A DNA stretch of 63,209 nucleotides, the filler included, from Welwitschia mirabilis (lineage: Eukaryota), in assembly GCA_051453625.1 (NCBI GenBank). It is 6 parts of one record of this genome, joined end to end, with 100 filler letters (N's around TTAATTAATTAA, not from the genome) between each part and the next. Parts side by side here need not be neighbours in the genome. Positions count along the whole stretch, not along the records: positions 1 to 26,191 come from JBOZIK010000001.1; 5 more parts are not named here. One strand, 5' to 3'. The translations under genes were made by a program, and so were the position numbers. The stretch's first letter is position 1. Each line of letters opens with the position of its first letter. Positions 14,219 to 26,247 of this stretch are shown here, piece after piece. Under the pieces are notes generated by a model that had not been told where the DNA came from, searched no databases, and was given only the letters and a program-made list of their open reading frames with translations.

Positions 14219-15623
14219 TCAACATCATAATTACTTAATAAATCTTAACATCACACTTAAAGGATGTCATCTCCAATGTCATAGTTGCTCAAGAAAATCT
14301 AACATTGCACTTGAAGGACTCCACCTCTAATGTCATAGATGCTTAAGAAAATCTAATTTCATACTTAATTCCTTGGAGTTCTAACATTGCGCTTAATCCC
14401 TTATGGGACTAAATTTGTACTTGATTACCAAAGGCCTAACATTACACTTGATACACTAGAACTTGGTATTACACTTAATTCCTAAAAGCATGACATTATA
14501 CTTGGTTCACTGGGGCCTAATGTCATACTTGATCCTTAGAGGCCTGATGTCTTACTTGGTTTACTAAAGCCTAACATCACACTTAACACCTAGATACCTA
14601 ATGTCATACTTGATCCACTAGAGTCAAATGTTGCATTTAACCTCTAGAGACTGCTGTTGTGCTTATTTCACTAAAGTCTAATGTTGCACTTGACTCCTAA
14701 AGGATTGATGTCATACTTGATTCTCAAAGATCTAATATCATACTTATTCCATTAGATCCTTATATCACACTTAATCCCTAAAGACTTGATGTCACACTTA
14801 GTCATTAAAGTGTAATGTCATAATTAGGGTCAAACATTACACTTGGTTAATAGAGGCCCAAAATTACACTTAGCTGGTAGAGGCTTAACATTAAACTTGA
14901 TTACCAAAGTCTGATGTTATAGTTAGAGTTCAACATTACACTTAGCTGATAAGTATTACCATCATACTTGGAAAACTAAAGTTTAACATTACACTTAATC
15001 ACTGATGTCTGACATTACATTTAAATTTTGACATCTCACTTTATTGACAGAGGCCCAATGTTGCACTTAGTTAATTAAGGTCTAAAGGTTCACTTGATTA
15101 AATAAATTTGATATTTTAGTAGATATTTAACATTACACTTAACCAATTAAATTTTGACATCATACTTGATCACTAAATTCTAAAGTCACATGTAAAGTCC
15201 AATTTCATACTTGGTTGATAAAGTCCCCACTTCACACTTACTCAATCAAAGTCTTACATTACACTTGATGAATGAATTTTGACATTATAATTAGAGTTTA
15301 ATATCATACTTAACTAATAGAACCATGACATGAACCATAGTTTAACATCACACGTGTTCATCAAAGTTTGATGTCTCAATTGAAGTTCAACATTACACTT
15401 GGTTGATGGAGGCCTAACATTACACTTAACTAATTAAAGCCTAACATCATACTTAGTTATAGAATTTTGATATTATAATTAAAGCCTAATGTCATACTTG
15501 GCTAATAAAGTCCTAACATCACACTTGACCTATAGAGCCCTAATATTACACTTGGCCAACTGAAGTCCAACATCACACTTGGTCATAAAAGTTTAGCATC
15601 ACATAGGCCTGACGTCACACTTA
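14219..15623. repeat. minisatellite, about 50 units of 27/26/19 bp, core variants AACATTACACTT / AATGTCATACTT / GACGTCACACTT
   Basis: Periodic core directly visible. The units in the 3' half run largely 27-27-26-19 bp. Confidence 0.95.
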
Positions 15624-15949
15624 TCTACTCCTAAGTCATGATGTAATAGTTACTTATCTTAATGACTATTATAATAGCTAGGGCGGTTACATAAGTTACC
15701 AACTAACCCTTATAGTTAAATATTAATTAATCATTCTAATAGTTGCAAAATAACCTTTGAATGGAAAACCTATTTCAGAACCAATAGAACCGATATAAAA
15801 TGAATGATAGAAAGGAGGTACAAAACACACTAGAGTGTAATGAAGTAGTACTATTAATAATTAATTAAATATATTCACTTATAAAATTATAAGTTCTCTA
15901 ATAAAATTTACATTTAAAACAACTAAGCCATCTAATGGGGTAAGATTTA

Positions 15950-18900
15950 TAGGTGCCACTAGAATAACCTTTCACTTATAGATATAAATCTTCTACCAGA
16001 GACATTAATCTTCAATGTTTACAAATTAAGCTCCTAAACATAGAATTAAATCTTCAAGCATTCTTGTCAAATTAAAAAAATAGTCCAATAGTAAAAGAAA
16101 GAGAGAGCAACAAAATTGCAAATTTAATCTGTTTGCACATCTATAAGTGTAAAGTAGAAACTTGTGAGAAAGTCATGTTATGGCTTTAAAAAAAAAAAAA
16201 AGAAAAAAAATCATCATTCATAATACATTACTAGAAAATAGATGCATCTATTCTATGATCTTGCTTATTGGAAATGCATAAGAATTCTAACTATGATGCC
16301 AATGAAAATGCAATTAAAAAGTTACTTGAAAAAAATTTATAAATAAATTCAAAAATAAGTTTATTTTTGCTAACTTTATTGAATATCAAATGCTTAAATT
16401 TTAATCCCTACATTTAGGAAAGTTTCCATTGGATGATCATTGATTAGAGTTTCAACAACTAATGAAGTATTAAAAAAATTTCTTAGAAAAGTAGCTTATT
16501 AATAATTTCAGTAGAATGCTACCATCCAAAGTCTAAGGCATCCTTTATACCTTGGAAGTTAAATCTACTAAATATGCTTATAGGAAATACAAATACTACT
16601 TGAAAATACAAGATAACAAATGGACTAAAAACCAAACCAAATAGACTATAAGAATCACTACTAGAAGGAATCAACCTTCTCGAAAATTATTCATAAGTAT
16701 ATCATCTACCATGTATAATGGAAGAAAGGACACATAGCCAAGAATTATCCATCCAAGGTCCCTAAAACTATATCCTATGCTTAAATTCAACCTTAGATAT
16801 AACCATATCCTAGACGACTTACAAAAATGTATATACTATAGTCCATATAGAATTAGTAATGATTTTCTATTTTGAGAATTGCTAGGGTTTACTTCAAAAT
16901 TTTTAGATTTGTTTCTAATCAATAGTGACACTTCTCACAATTTCATTGCCCTTCCTTATTTTATAAATATTACTCCTTTCTAAGAACCAATATTCTTCAT
17001 ACATATAGTGGGAGAAAACACCCTTACACAAAATGAAACATAATGACTAGTAATCTTTTCAATCCAAAACCTTGAGTTTAGAGATAAATTTTTCATCCTC
17101 ATCATTGGTAAATATGAATTCATCTTCAAAATGTCTATCCTTATCAACTATAATATTAGGATAAATTTTTCACTAAAAAACTAATAATTTTATCTTTCAT
17201 TCAAAAATTGAATGCTTAATTAGGAGGAAAAGAAGAAAATTTTCTCAGTAATTAAAAAATAAATTTTAAAAGAAGTAATGTCAAAATAGTTCTTCCTAAT
17301 AATAATTAAATAATAGAGTACAAGTTTACAACTTGACATTCTACAAGGATTCTAATAATTTAGCAAAGTCTTTGAAGAGACAATAAATTTATCACACAAA
17401 TAAAAGGTAGAATACATCTAGATTTAATCCCTAAAGTACAACTAATATAAAGAGACCTATATAAATTTTTAGTAATAAAACCTAAGAACACAAACTAAAA
17501 CTAAAGTAGTTATTGTTAAAAGGAGAAATTCATCTAGGTGTCTCTCCTTATGGAACCCCTCTCTTATTTGTTAAAAAAAAGAAAAAAAATGAAATCATAA
17601 GGTTATATATTAATTACCGATAATTGAATAAGGTTATAATAAAAAATAAATACCCTTAGTAAGAATTGACAGCCTTCTAAATCAATTATAAGGGATATAA
17701 TTCTTTCCAAAAATCAACTTGATATTAGGATATCATTCTATAAGAATTTAAAAAAAAAAAGATGTTTACAAAATAACATTCTAAAAAAGATATCAAAATA
17801 ATGAATTTGTAATAATTCCATTAATACTCATTAATGCACCAACAACTTTCATGAGCCTAATAAATAGTGTCTTCCATTCATATCTTGACAAATTTATAGT
17901 AGTATTCTTGAATGTCATTCTAGTCTATTCAAAAGATAAAAAGACACATGTAGACCACCTTAGTAAATGTTCTACAAATATTATAAGGCCATGATTTCAA
18001 GGCTAAACTAAGCAAGTGTAACTTCTTATAGATAGAGATAAATTACTGAGGGAATATTATATCTAAATAGGAAATTACAATAGATCCCATAAATATATAA
18101 GAAGCACAAGAAAGTTTTAAGTTAAAAATTATAACAGAGGTCTAAAGTTTATTAAGATTAATATGATTCTATGAAATATTCATTTTAAGATTCTCTCAGT
18201 TGGTAGTTTGGCTTATAGACTTAACAAAATCTACATCAATATTTAATTTTACTTAAAAATGTCAAGAATGCTTCCTAAGAATAGACTTCTATTGATATCG
18301 GCACTTATTTTAAAGATTGCATATATGAAGGAATCATTCAGGATTATTACAAATGGCTTATCCCAAGGAGAGATGTAGTATTAAGTTATGAAGATAAAGT
18401 AGTAATATGTAAATTCAAAAAACTAAACTAGCATGAAAGGAATTATATATTTCATGATTTATAATTTTTAGCTATAGTGCATGCTCTGAAAGCTTAGTGA
18501 CATTACTTGCTTTTGAGAAAATTCCTATTACAGATAGGCCATAAGAATTTGGAGTACTTTCAAAAAAAACTACTATTTAATATAAGACAAAGAAGATGGG
18601 GATAATTACTAGTATAATATAACTTTGAGCTCCAATATATACTAGGGATAAAAACAAAGTAGTTAATGCTTTAAGCTAAATGTGATGTATGCTTTACACC
18701 ATAGTGACCTTTAATCTCGTTAAATACTTGAAGGAAAATTTGCCTAATGATCCATATTTTAGAAAAATAGTTTGGCTATTAGAGTAAAGTAAATATATAG
18801 ATACCTTCACAACAAACAGGATGGCTATTCACTAAAAATGAGGGGACTGTGTATTCCTCAAGATAAATATAAAAGTAAATGAATATCCAAAATGCATAAA

Positions 18901-19810
18901 GTATCCTATGCAGGACATCCAAGGTTTGTGTAGAATTATTGTATGTTAAGGAAATGTTACTTCTATTCTATAATGAAAGAGGAATTGAAAGAATATATCA
19001 AGAACTACCTAATCCATTAATGAATGAAACATGAATACGGATGACTAATGGGACGCTTTCGATTCCTTAGCATTTCTAATGGAAATGGAAAGAAATCACA
19101 ATGGACTTCATTACACGTTTATCACTCACAAAAAAACAACATAAATCTTTTATTTTTTGCATTGATAACTTAATCAAGATGGCCCATTTTATTTTAGTTA
19201 AGAGCATAAATACTACAAAAGAGTTAGCCTTACATTTCATATAGGAAATGTTCAGATTACATGGAACTCCATGGATTATTATCTCTACTTCAGACCTTAA
19301 GTTATTATTAGAATTATTATAAATCTTCTTCACCAACATGGAACCAAGCTTTAGTTTAGTACTACTTGCCATCCTAAAACTAATGGATATACTAAGAAAA
19401 TTAATCAAATCCTAGAAGATACACTATGATATTATGTAGTAAGAAAGCCTCGAAACTAGAATAAATATTTATATTTGGTAGAATTTATATATAACTAAAC
19501 TTTTCAAACATATATACAATTTTAGCCCTTTAAATCTATGTATGAAAGAAATTGTTACATCCTAGTTACATGGTGAAATCCCATCAAAAAGATGCAAGAG
19601 CACTACACTATAATTAGAATTCTCTAAAAGAAATGGAATAGATTATAAATTAAATGAAGAGGCAACTACAAGTAGCTTAATATAGATACAAAAGCCTTTA
19701 TAACTAAAGGCATTCAAAAAGAGTCTTCTAAGTAGAATACCAAGTTATCTTAAGAGTCAAACCCAAAAGAGTTCTATGAAGATGAGAAATTACCAGAAGA
19801 TACTTCCTTA
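15950..19810 (+). mobile_element. decayed chromovirus-type (Tekay/Reina/Tcn1-like) Ty3/gypsy gag-pol, 3'-truncated
   Basis: gag VT*KKFINKFKNKF (~16320); protease LINSDTSHNFI (~16915); RT SPYGTPLLFVKK, INYR*LNKVIIKNKYP, INAPTTFMSL, YLDKFIVVFLNVILVYS; RH HDL*FLAIVHALK, NKVVNALS; INT YAGHP, ITMDFITRL, MAHFI, FRLHGTP, CHPKTNG. Domain order PR-RT-RH-INT. No confident LTR or PBS found. Confidence 0.9.
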
Positions 19811-19869
19811 AACCTTAATGCAGTTATTTGAAACATTACATTAAGAATGTATAAGAATGTTTTTTTTTT

Positions 19870-20646
19870 TTGGATCTTTTAGGTTTGCCTCTTATTCTTA
19901 CAAAATTTAACTCTAATATTATTAAGCTTCTTAAACCACTTATTAATATTCAAAACTATTATTACTTTCTTGGAAATATAACAAGGCACTTCATTCATAG
20001 AGATTAAATATTAGAAAAAAAGCTTAGTCACTTAAAGATGGTTTTAATATCTATTGGTAATAGCTAATTTAATTTAATCATTAAAATTCGTGTACCTATT
20101 GTCATAGAGAAAGTTAATCATATACTCATTCTTCCCTATTATAATAAAATAATTTTACTAATAAATCTCATAAGAATAAATCTTAAGATCCTTAACCTTC
20201 ATGATTTATTTTTAGTCAAAATAATTCATTTGGTAGCTAAAATTATAGATATGAAAGACTTAAAATATTTAATATCATTAATTTAGAAAAAAAAGGAGAT
20301 AATGCTTAATTATTTATGAAGTTTCATATTATACAAAATGCATATGCTTCTATTTCAAATAATTCTTTGAAATACCATAAGAAATAAATCCTAAAGTATT
20401 TCAAAATTGTGGAATCATATAAATGTCCTAGTCCTGATGGACATCTAAAGAAAACTAAGTTTTTAATAATAGAACTTCTTTTATTATAAAATCCTCATAA
20501 GACAACATCTAAACTTCTAATTAGCTTCGATAACATCCAAACTTCTAATTAGCTTGATGTTTTAGGATAAAACCATTAGAATCACATGGATCTTCATTGT
20601 AAACTAATGATTGATTTATTTGATAGGGTAAGATCCTATAAAACAT
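19870..20646 (+). pseudogene. L1-type LINE ORF1 remnant
   Basis: Nearly open frame LDLLGLPLILTKF...FLGNI... resembles the plant L1 ORF1 W..L.GLP region. It abuts, across the Athila-like insertion, the ORF2 endonuclease start at 31816. Confidence 0.45.
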
Positions 20647-21897
20647 TATTGTGATATCATATTATATGTTTTTAATGCAGTATTTTAAGTAATTTTATAG
20701 CAAATTTAGACAGGTTTAAGTGGAAAACAATGATTACTAAGAATCAAGAAGAAAATCATGGAAATACACAATGAGTATCACATTTGAAGGCATTTTGTAT
20801 TAATTCTAATACTTCACATTTAAAGGAATAATTGATAATCTATAATGCTAAATTCATTTGATTAAATATCTTAAAAAATTCCTTCATTCCCTCCATTCTC
20901 TAGATGATCACCCAGATGATACTATGTATATTATAATAAGGATGCTACCTATACTAATGATGGATGATAAATATGGAACTTCTCTTAATGTGGCATTGTC
21001 CTCACCATCATTTGGAGAACCATTAAGATGATACCTAAAATTAGTTAATGCATCAAACTTCAACAAATTTGTGAAATATGTCATGCACCTCTTATGAATT
21101 GTTAGGATTTTTATTTCATCTATTGGATTTACTATTTTTAGAATATCTTATTATAAATAAATACTACCTTTACCTCACTCTAATTTTATCTACTTTAGCA
21201 TTGAGAATTCTCATGATAAGAGATTCAAGAATAGAAAGTCCATCTATTAGTTATAGAGAGGAGGTTTTTTTGGTTCTAGAATATGTATCCTTCATTGAGT
21301 TGTTGTTGCTTTATAAGAAGATGTTGTTTCTACTTCAATAAAAATCTTCTCTTAGTTTTATTCATGTACATGTCCCTTATGGTTTATGTTGGTTATGATT
21401 TTGTAATAGTTTCATAGTTGATATAAATCATCAAGGACAACCTTTATCAAGGTTGAAATTATTAGTCTAGGATTTGCATTGCATTGCATTTTATAATTCC
21501 TAGCTTAATAATTTCATTTTTTTAATATTTTTTTGATGTACGTAACATCCTGGATTGGTTATTGTTAGTGATAGTTTCCTTAATTAATCTATATTTTACA
21601 AGGCTGATCTTAGTAACAGAGATTTAGTAGTTAGATAGATATTGCATTCAGAGTAGATCGCATTTGTATTGCATAGAGTTTTTACTATTCTTGCATTTTA
21701 ATTTCTTTATTAATTTATAAAAAGAAAAATATAAAAATATATGAAAATAAATTTTCTAGCTTCGAGCCTAGTGCATTTAATGGATTATGACATTTGTGGT
21801 TACTCTTATCTATACTAGTATGTGTGTTTTGTAATATACTTGTAATTAATATGATTTAATAAAGGTAATAATAATTGCATAAATATGCACCACAACA
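20647..21897 (+). repeat. 5' LTR, Athila-like family
   Basis: Starts TATTGTGATA (decayed TGTTG), ends GCACCACAACA and is followed directly by a PBS. Confidence 0.9.
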
Positions 21898-21919
21898 TCT
21901 AAGCACCATCACCAAGGAA
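21898..21919 (+). promoter_or_regulatory. decayed primer binding site (Athila-type TGGCGCCGTTGCCGGGGA)
   Basis: TCTAAGCACCATCACCAAGGA is a mostly G>A decayed version of the better preserved PBS at 29961-29942(-). Confidence 0.75.
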
Positions 21920-22719
21920 GGCTACAAGGAGTTCAAGAATTATCATTACCTAGATAAGTGCTTTGGAATTTGATTCAGGTATTTGTTTGTGATAGTGTTA
22001 TCCTTTTACTATAAAACATAGTTTCTCCTTTTAGAATTTCTATTTTTTACTCTACAAGTAATGTCCTATCATCCTTTATGTCATCTAGATAACTAGGTGA
22101 ATGATAGATTAGGATTAGGGTTTTTTAATGTAATTTTCCCATAGTTTTTTTTTTTTTTCAATTTTCCACACCTAAAAAGTCTATATAATCTGCTCTATCA
22201 TCTAGATGATATAGGCAGAAAACTATTAGTTTTTATTTTGGTTTTGTCTCTATTTTTCTCTATTTTTTATTTTCTAATTTATATTTTATATGAAGTAACC
22301 ATTCAAATCATCATCCAAATGATGATAAAGATGATAATTGTAGACACGTTATTAAGCATGTAGGGATATGGTACTCTTAGGTAAAAAGAGGAAGTATCAA
22401 AGGGAGTAAATCCTGATCAAGAAAAATATCGTAGAAGATCTAGTCAACTTTGAGCTTAATCTGAGTATGCATACCTTAGGTACACAAAGAATTCCAACTA
22501 TTGAATAAAAAGATTTTTCAGCTTTTATTATTTTAGAATTAAATTTTTCAAAAGAAAGCAATAATATAGAAGCAAATCATTTTTGTTTAGCTAACTTAAA
22601 TACAACATAAAAACAAAATAAATAGCATCATCTAATACTCCAATTAGGATAGGAACTTCTAATGTAAATTCTAATGCAAATACAAATGCTTCACCTAGGG
22701 ATTTAATTACTAATGAAAA

Positions 22720-24660
22720 ATGTAAAATTTAAAATTCTTTTAGATTATCTTCTATTGATAATGTAGAATCAAAAAACTCAAATGCTTATCCAAATTTTTT
22801 AGAAGAATCTAATGAATATCCTTTTCAAATTATTACAAGTATAGAACAACATGTGCTCATTTCAAATAATGGGAGAAAAACAAACTAGTAATATAAATTA
22901 CATGATCATCTTTTCTATTTCACTAGAAAAATAATGAAACTTTGTCTTCAACTAAACCTTATAAAATTATTAAAACCTACAGTTAACTATAAGAAAATTT
23001 TATCAAAATATTCATGATAAGTGTAAAATGAAAAAAAAGAAGAAAAGAAGTCATAAACTTTCAACAAAAACCTAATGAGGATTATGCCATAACATATGAA
23101 TGATTTATTATAGCTACTCATTTCAATCCTATTGATAAATTATCTAAAGAATAATTAATAGATTATTTTAATAGTGAATTGAAGAGCAAAATCAAACAAC
23201 TTGTACACTTTTCTTGTAGTGGCAACTTAATAAACTTAGATTTAGATAATTCATTAATGTTGTTAAAACATCTTGTTGAAATTAGTCAAACCTGGCCTAA
23301 ACCAACTTTTAAAAATAATTAAACTGTAAGTCAAACTATAAAGGATTAAAAAGAAGTAAAACATGATAAGGAGGAAGAACAAAATAATTCTACTAATGTA
23401 ATTAATAATTTCACTTCTTTTTTAAATAAAATACACTTAAATGATTCTAGATGCAAAAGTAGCAATTGAAAATAATGTATTATCAACATGTGATATATGT
23501 AAAGATAACTCTCATTTAAAAATAGAATTTCCCTTGTTACCAAAGGCCTTTAAATTTTCAAAATCAAATGCAATATCAATAAGGAACAAGGAGGTAATTA
23601 AAGTGGAAACCTTTTAAGAATAGGTTCATGAACTTAAACTTTTAATCAAATAATTTAAATTTCCAACCAAATAATTCAAATTTTCAATCAATCTTCTCAA
23701 ATTTTCAACAAAATTAGAGTAAACTAATTATGAACATAATGGAAAATATAAAGAAAACACAAGAAATGACTAACACAAACATTGAAAATTTAGTTAATGT
23801 ATTTCAAAAAACAATGTTAGCCATTCAAAGATCAAAAGAATCTCTTAGAACTCAACGTTTTCCAAACCTAAATAAAGTAAAAAGATATTATAAAGTAGTT
23901 GATATAACATTACCTATCTATGAGACTTCAACTTCCAAAAATAATGAATAAGATAAGCAAGAGGATGATATAGAAATATTAGAAACATATAATTTTCCTT
24001 CAACTTTAATTGAGCCTTCATGAAAAAACAAAAAGAAAAGATAAGGTATCTGTTGGCTTGATAAACTAAATATAAATCCTACTTTTGATGAGTACATAAA
24101 AACCTTAATGCAAGATGCTAATATCAACTCATCCTTTTAGAAACTCTTCCAAGAAAATCCTAAGGATGCTACATTGTTAAAAGAAATAAAAACATACTAT
24201 TTCTTATAGAGTCTTTCTTACACAATTTATATCTAGCTTAGTCATACAAAAAGATCCTAAATTTAAAGACCTTGGGGTAGCAATAGTAAGTGTTACTTTA
24301 TAAGGAAATAAAAAAATCCGAAAAGGTTTACATGACATAGGAGAAATTGTAAATATCATGCCTTTTTACATTTGCATAATACTTGGGTTTGAAGAAAGAA
24401 TTGAACCTATACAAATCACCTTAGAATTAGCTAATAAATTAATCAAGAAACTTGTAGGGATTATTAAAAACTTATTCATCTAAATAGAATAAGCATTCTA
24501 CCATTCATATGATTATAATTAAAGTAGAATATGATAGAAGTTATTCATTACTTTTAGGAAGAGCCTTTTGTGTAACTGTCCATTGCATCATAGATAAATA
24601 AATTGGATTAAAGAAATGTCATGTAGATAATAAGAAGTACACTATTAGAGTTTTTGATGC
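22720..24660 (+). pseudogene. decayed gag and aspartic protease
   Basis: YPNFLEESNEYPFQ (cf. F.G...EDP..H), coiled segment IKKTQEMTNTNIENLV, KDLGVAIVS..LHDIGEIVNIMP (cf. KDPG..LCDLGASINLMP) and LLLGRAF. Homologous to 36150-38815. Confidence 0.8.
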
Positions 24661-26235
24661 TACTGAGATACATATGGGAAGTGAGGAAAACTTAAAAAAA
24701 AGAGCTAAACCAACTTTATTTGTACAACATCACCTAATTGAAGAGAGAATGAGAACACTGTAGGAGTCAATTTTGCATAATAATCTAATAAAAATAAATA
24801 TTTCTAATCATGAAGATGAATAAGTAATATCTATTAATAGGAAAGAATTCGAACATATGTACTTAATTAAGAAAACTTCTTCTAAGCCTTATTATCCACT
24901 TCATTCATCTGGATGATAGTATTGGATGATAATCAGAAAATACAAAAATCATCAAAAGAAGAATAATAATAATGAAAAAAGGGAAGATAAGATTATTGAT
25001 AAGAAAAGTACAAAAAATATTCAACATAATAAGAACAAATACAATAATTAGAAGAGGAATAATACTGAAGAACCTATAGAATTTTAGCCAAACTTAATGA
25101 CAAATAGACCTTTCCTTTCCAATACAGTAATCTAATTTAAAATATCTTCCCATATTTATTCATTCCATTCTCTTAAAAATACTTAAAGAAACATCTTTAC
25201 CTATTCTACCAAATTTGCTTTAGCTTATACCCCTTATGATAACTCCTTTTAAAAATATGACTTAAATATCTTGGACTTCTAAATTTTAGAAGACCTTATG
25301 TTTTTGATAATCCAAACTTAGAGATGAAACTTGAAAAGCTTTTTAAGTATATTAAACCTACCTTATTCATTCATCTTAAGAAGCTTTCTCTAAAATTTTT
25401 GACTTCTAATAGAATCATTAATCTTTTTCACCCTTAATATTAATCTTTAGATGAAATATATATTTGGAATTCTTCATACTATGCATTTGATAAGATAATA
25501 TTCTTCCATGAACTATCTAAACCCTTTATCTCTCATATTGTAAATAAATTTTGTGGAGTTAAGATTTTACCTTATCATGCATATGTACCTTTTATGTTTT
25601 ATCAATTGGTCTCTTTTTTATTTTGGTCCTTATTTTTTCAAGAAAGTACATTACACTAGGATCATAACCTTAGGAAAATAAACATTTCTTTTTCTTTCTT
25701 TTAAATTTTATTTTGCTTTGTATTTCCTTTTGATTTTATGTTGTTATATTTTTATCTTTGATTTTTATTTTTATTTATACAATAAATAACCCCTAGATAG
25801 TTAGTTCTTTAGCTTTTAAAAAAATAACATTTTTAATGGCTCAGTTGAGATTTTTAAAATTCAAAAAATTGGAAAACGGTTAAAAATTCATGAGTTATTA
25901 AGCCTTGAACATGATAGATGTAATTTCTTTAAAAGTCCTCCTCTAATTATCTAAATTCTTTATTAGCCAATTATTTTCTTGAATGTCATGCTAATACTTG
26001 AACATCTTCACTTGACTTATTTTTTACTTTATAAAGTTACTATGACTAGTAATTTTTACTTGGGTATTTCAAAGTGATAAGATTGAATTCACTTACTCTT
26101 AAGACATTCAGATGTCTATAAACTTTATTTTGAAGTAAGATGCTTTAGTTTTTTGTGTTTTATCTCAATGGTATTAGTCTTTAGTTATTTGNNNNNNNNN
26201 NNNNNNNNNNNNNNNNNNNNNNNNNNNNNNNNNNN

Positions 26236-26247
26236 TTAATTAATTAA
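26236..26247. other. assembly linker TTAATTAATTAA inside a 100-bp N gap (also at 34575, 40639, 51182, 60884)
   Basis: Identical 12-mer centred in N runs five times; carries stop codons in all six frames. Confidence 0.95.

Noticed and set aside
14219..15623. CRISPR array interpretation (conserved core plus variable spacers)
   Set aside because: The core is only ~12 bp and itself varies by transitions. The 'spacers' are 7-15 bp and homologous to each other. There are no cas genes and the context is eukaryotic.
20420..20445. KCPSPDG, resembling the L1 ORF2 KSPGPDG motif
   Set aside because: It lies upstream of the endonuclease start, and the true positional equivalent is at ~33110; probably chance.
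20501..20556. 28-bp tandem duplication (and an 18-bp duplication at 58783-58818)
   Set aside because: Ordinary slippage or repair duplications in dead elements.
26236..26247. Palindromic TTAATTAATTAA repeated five times in the window
   Set aside because: Always centred in a 100-bp N gap; an artificial scaffolding linker.
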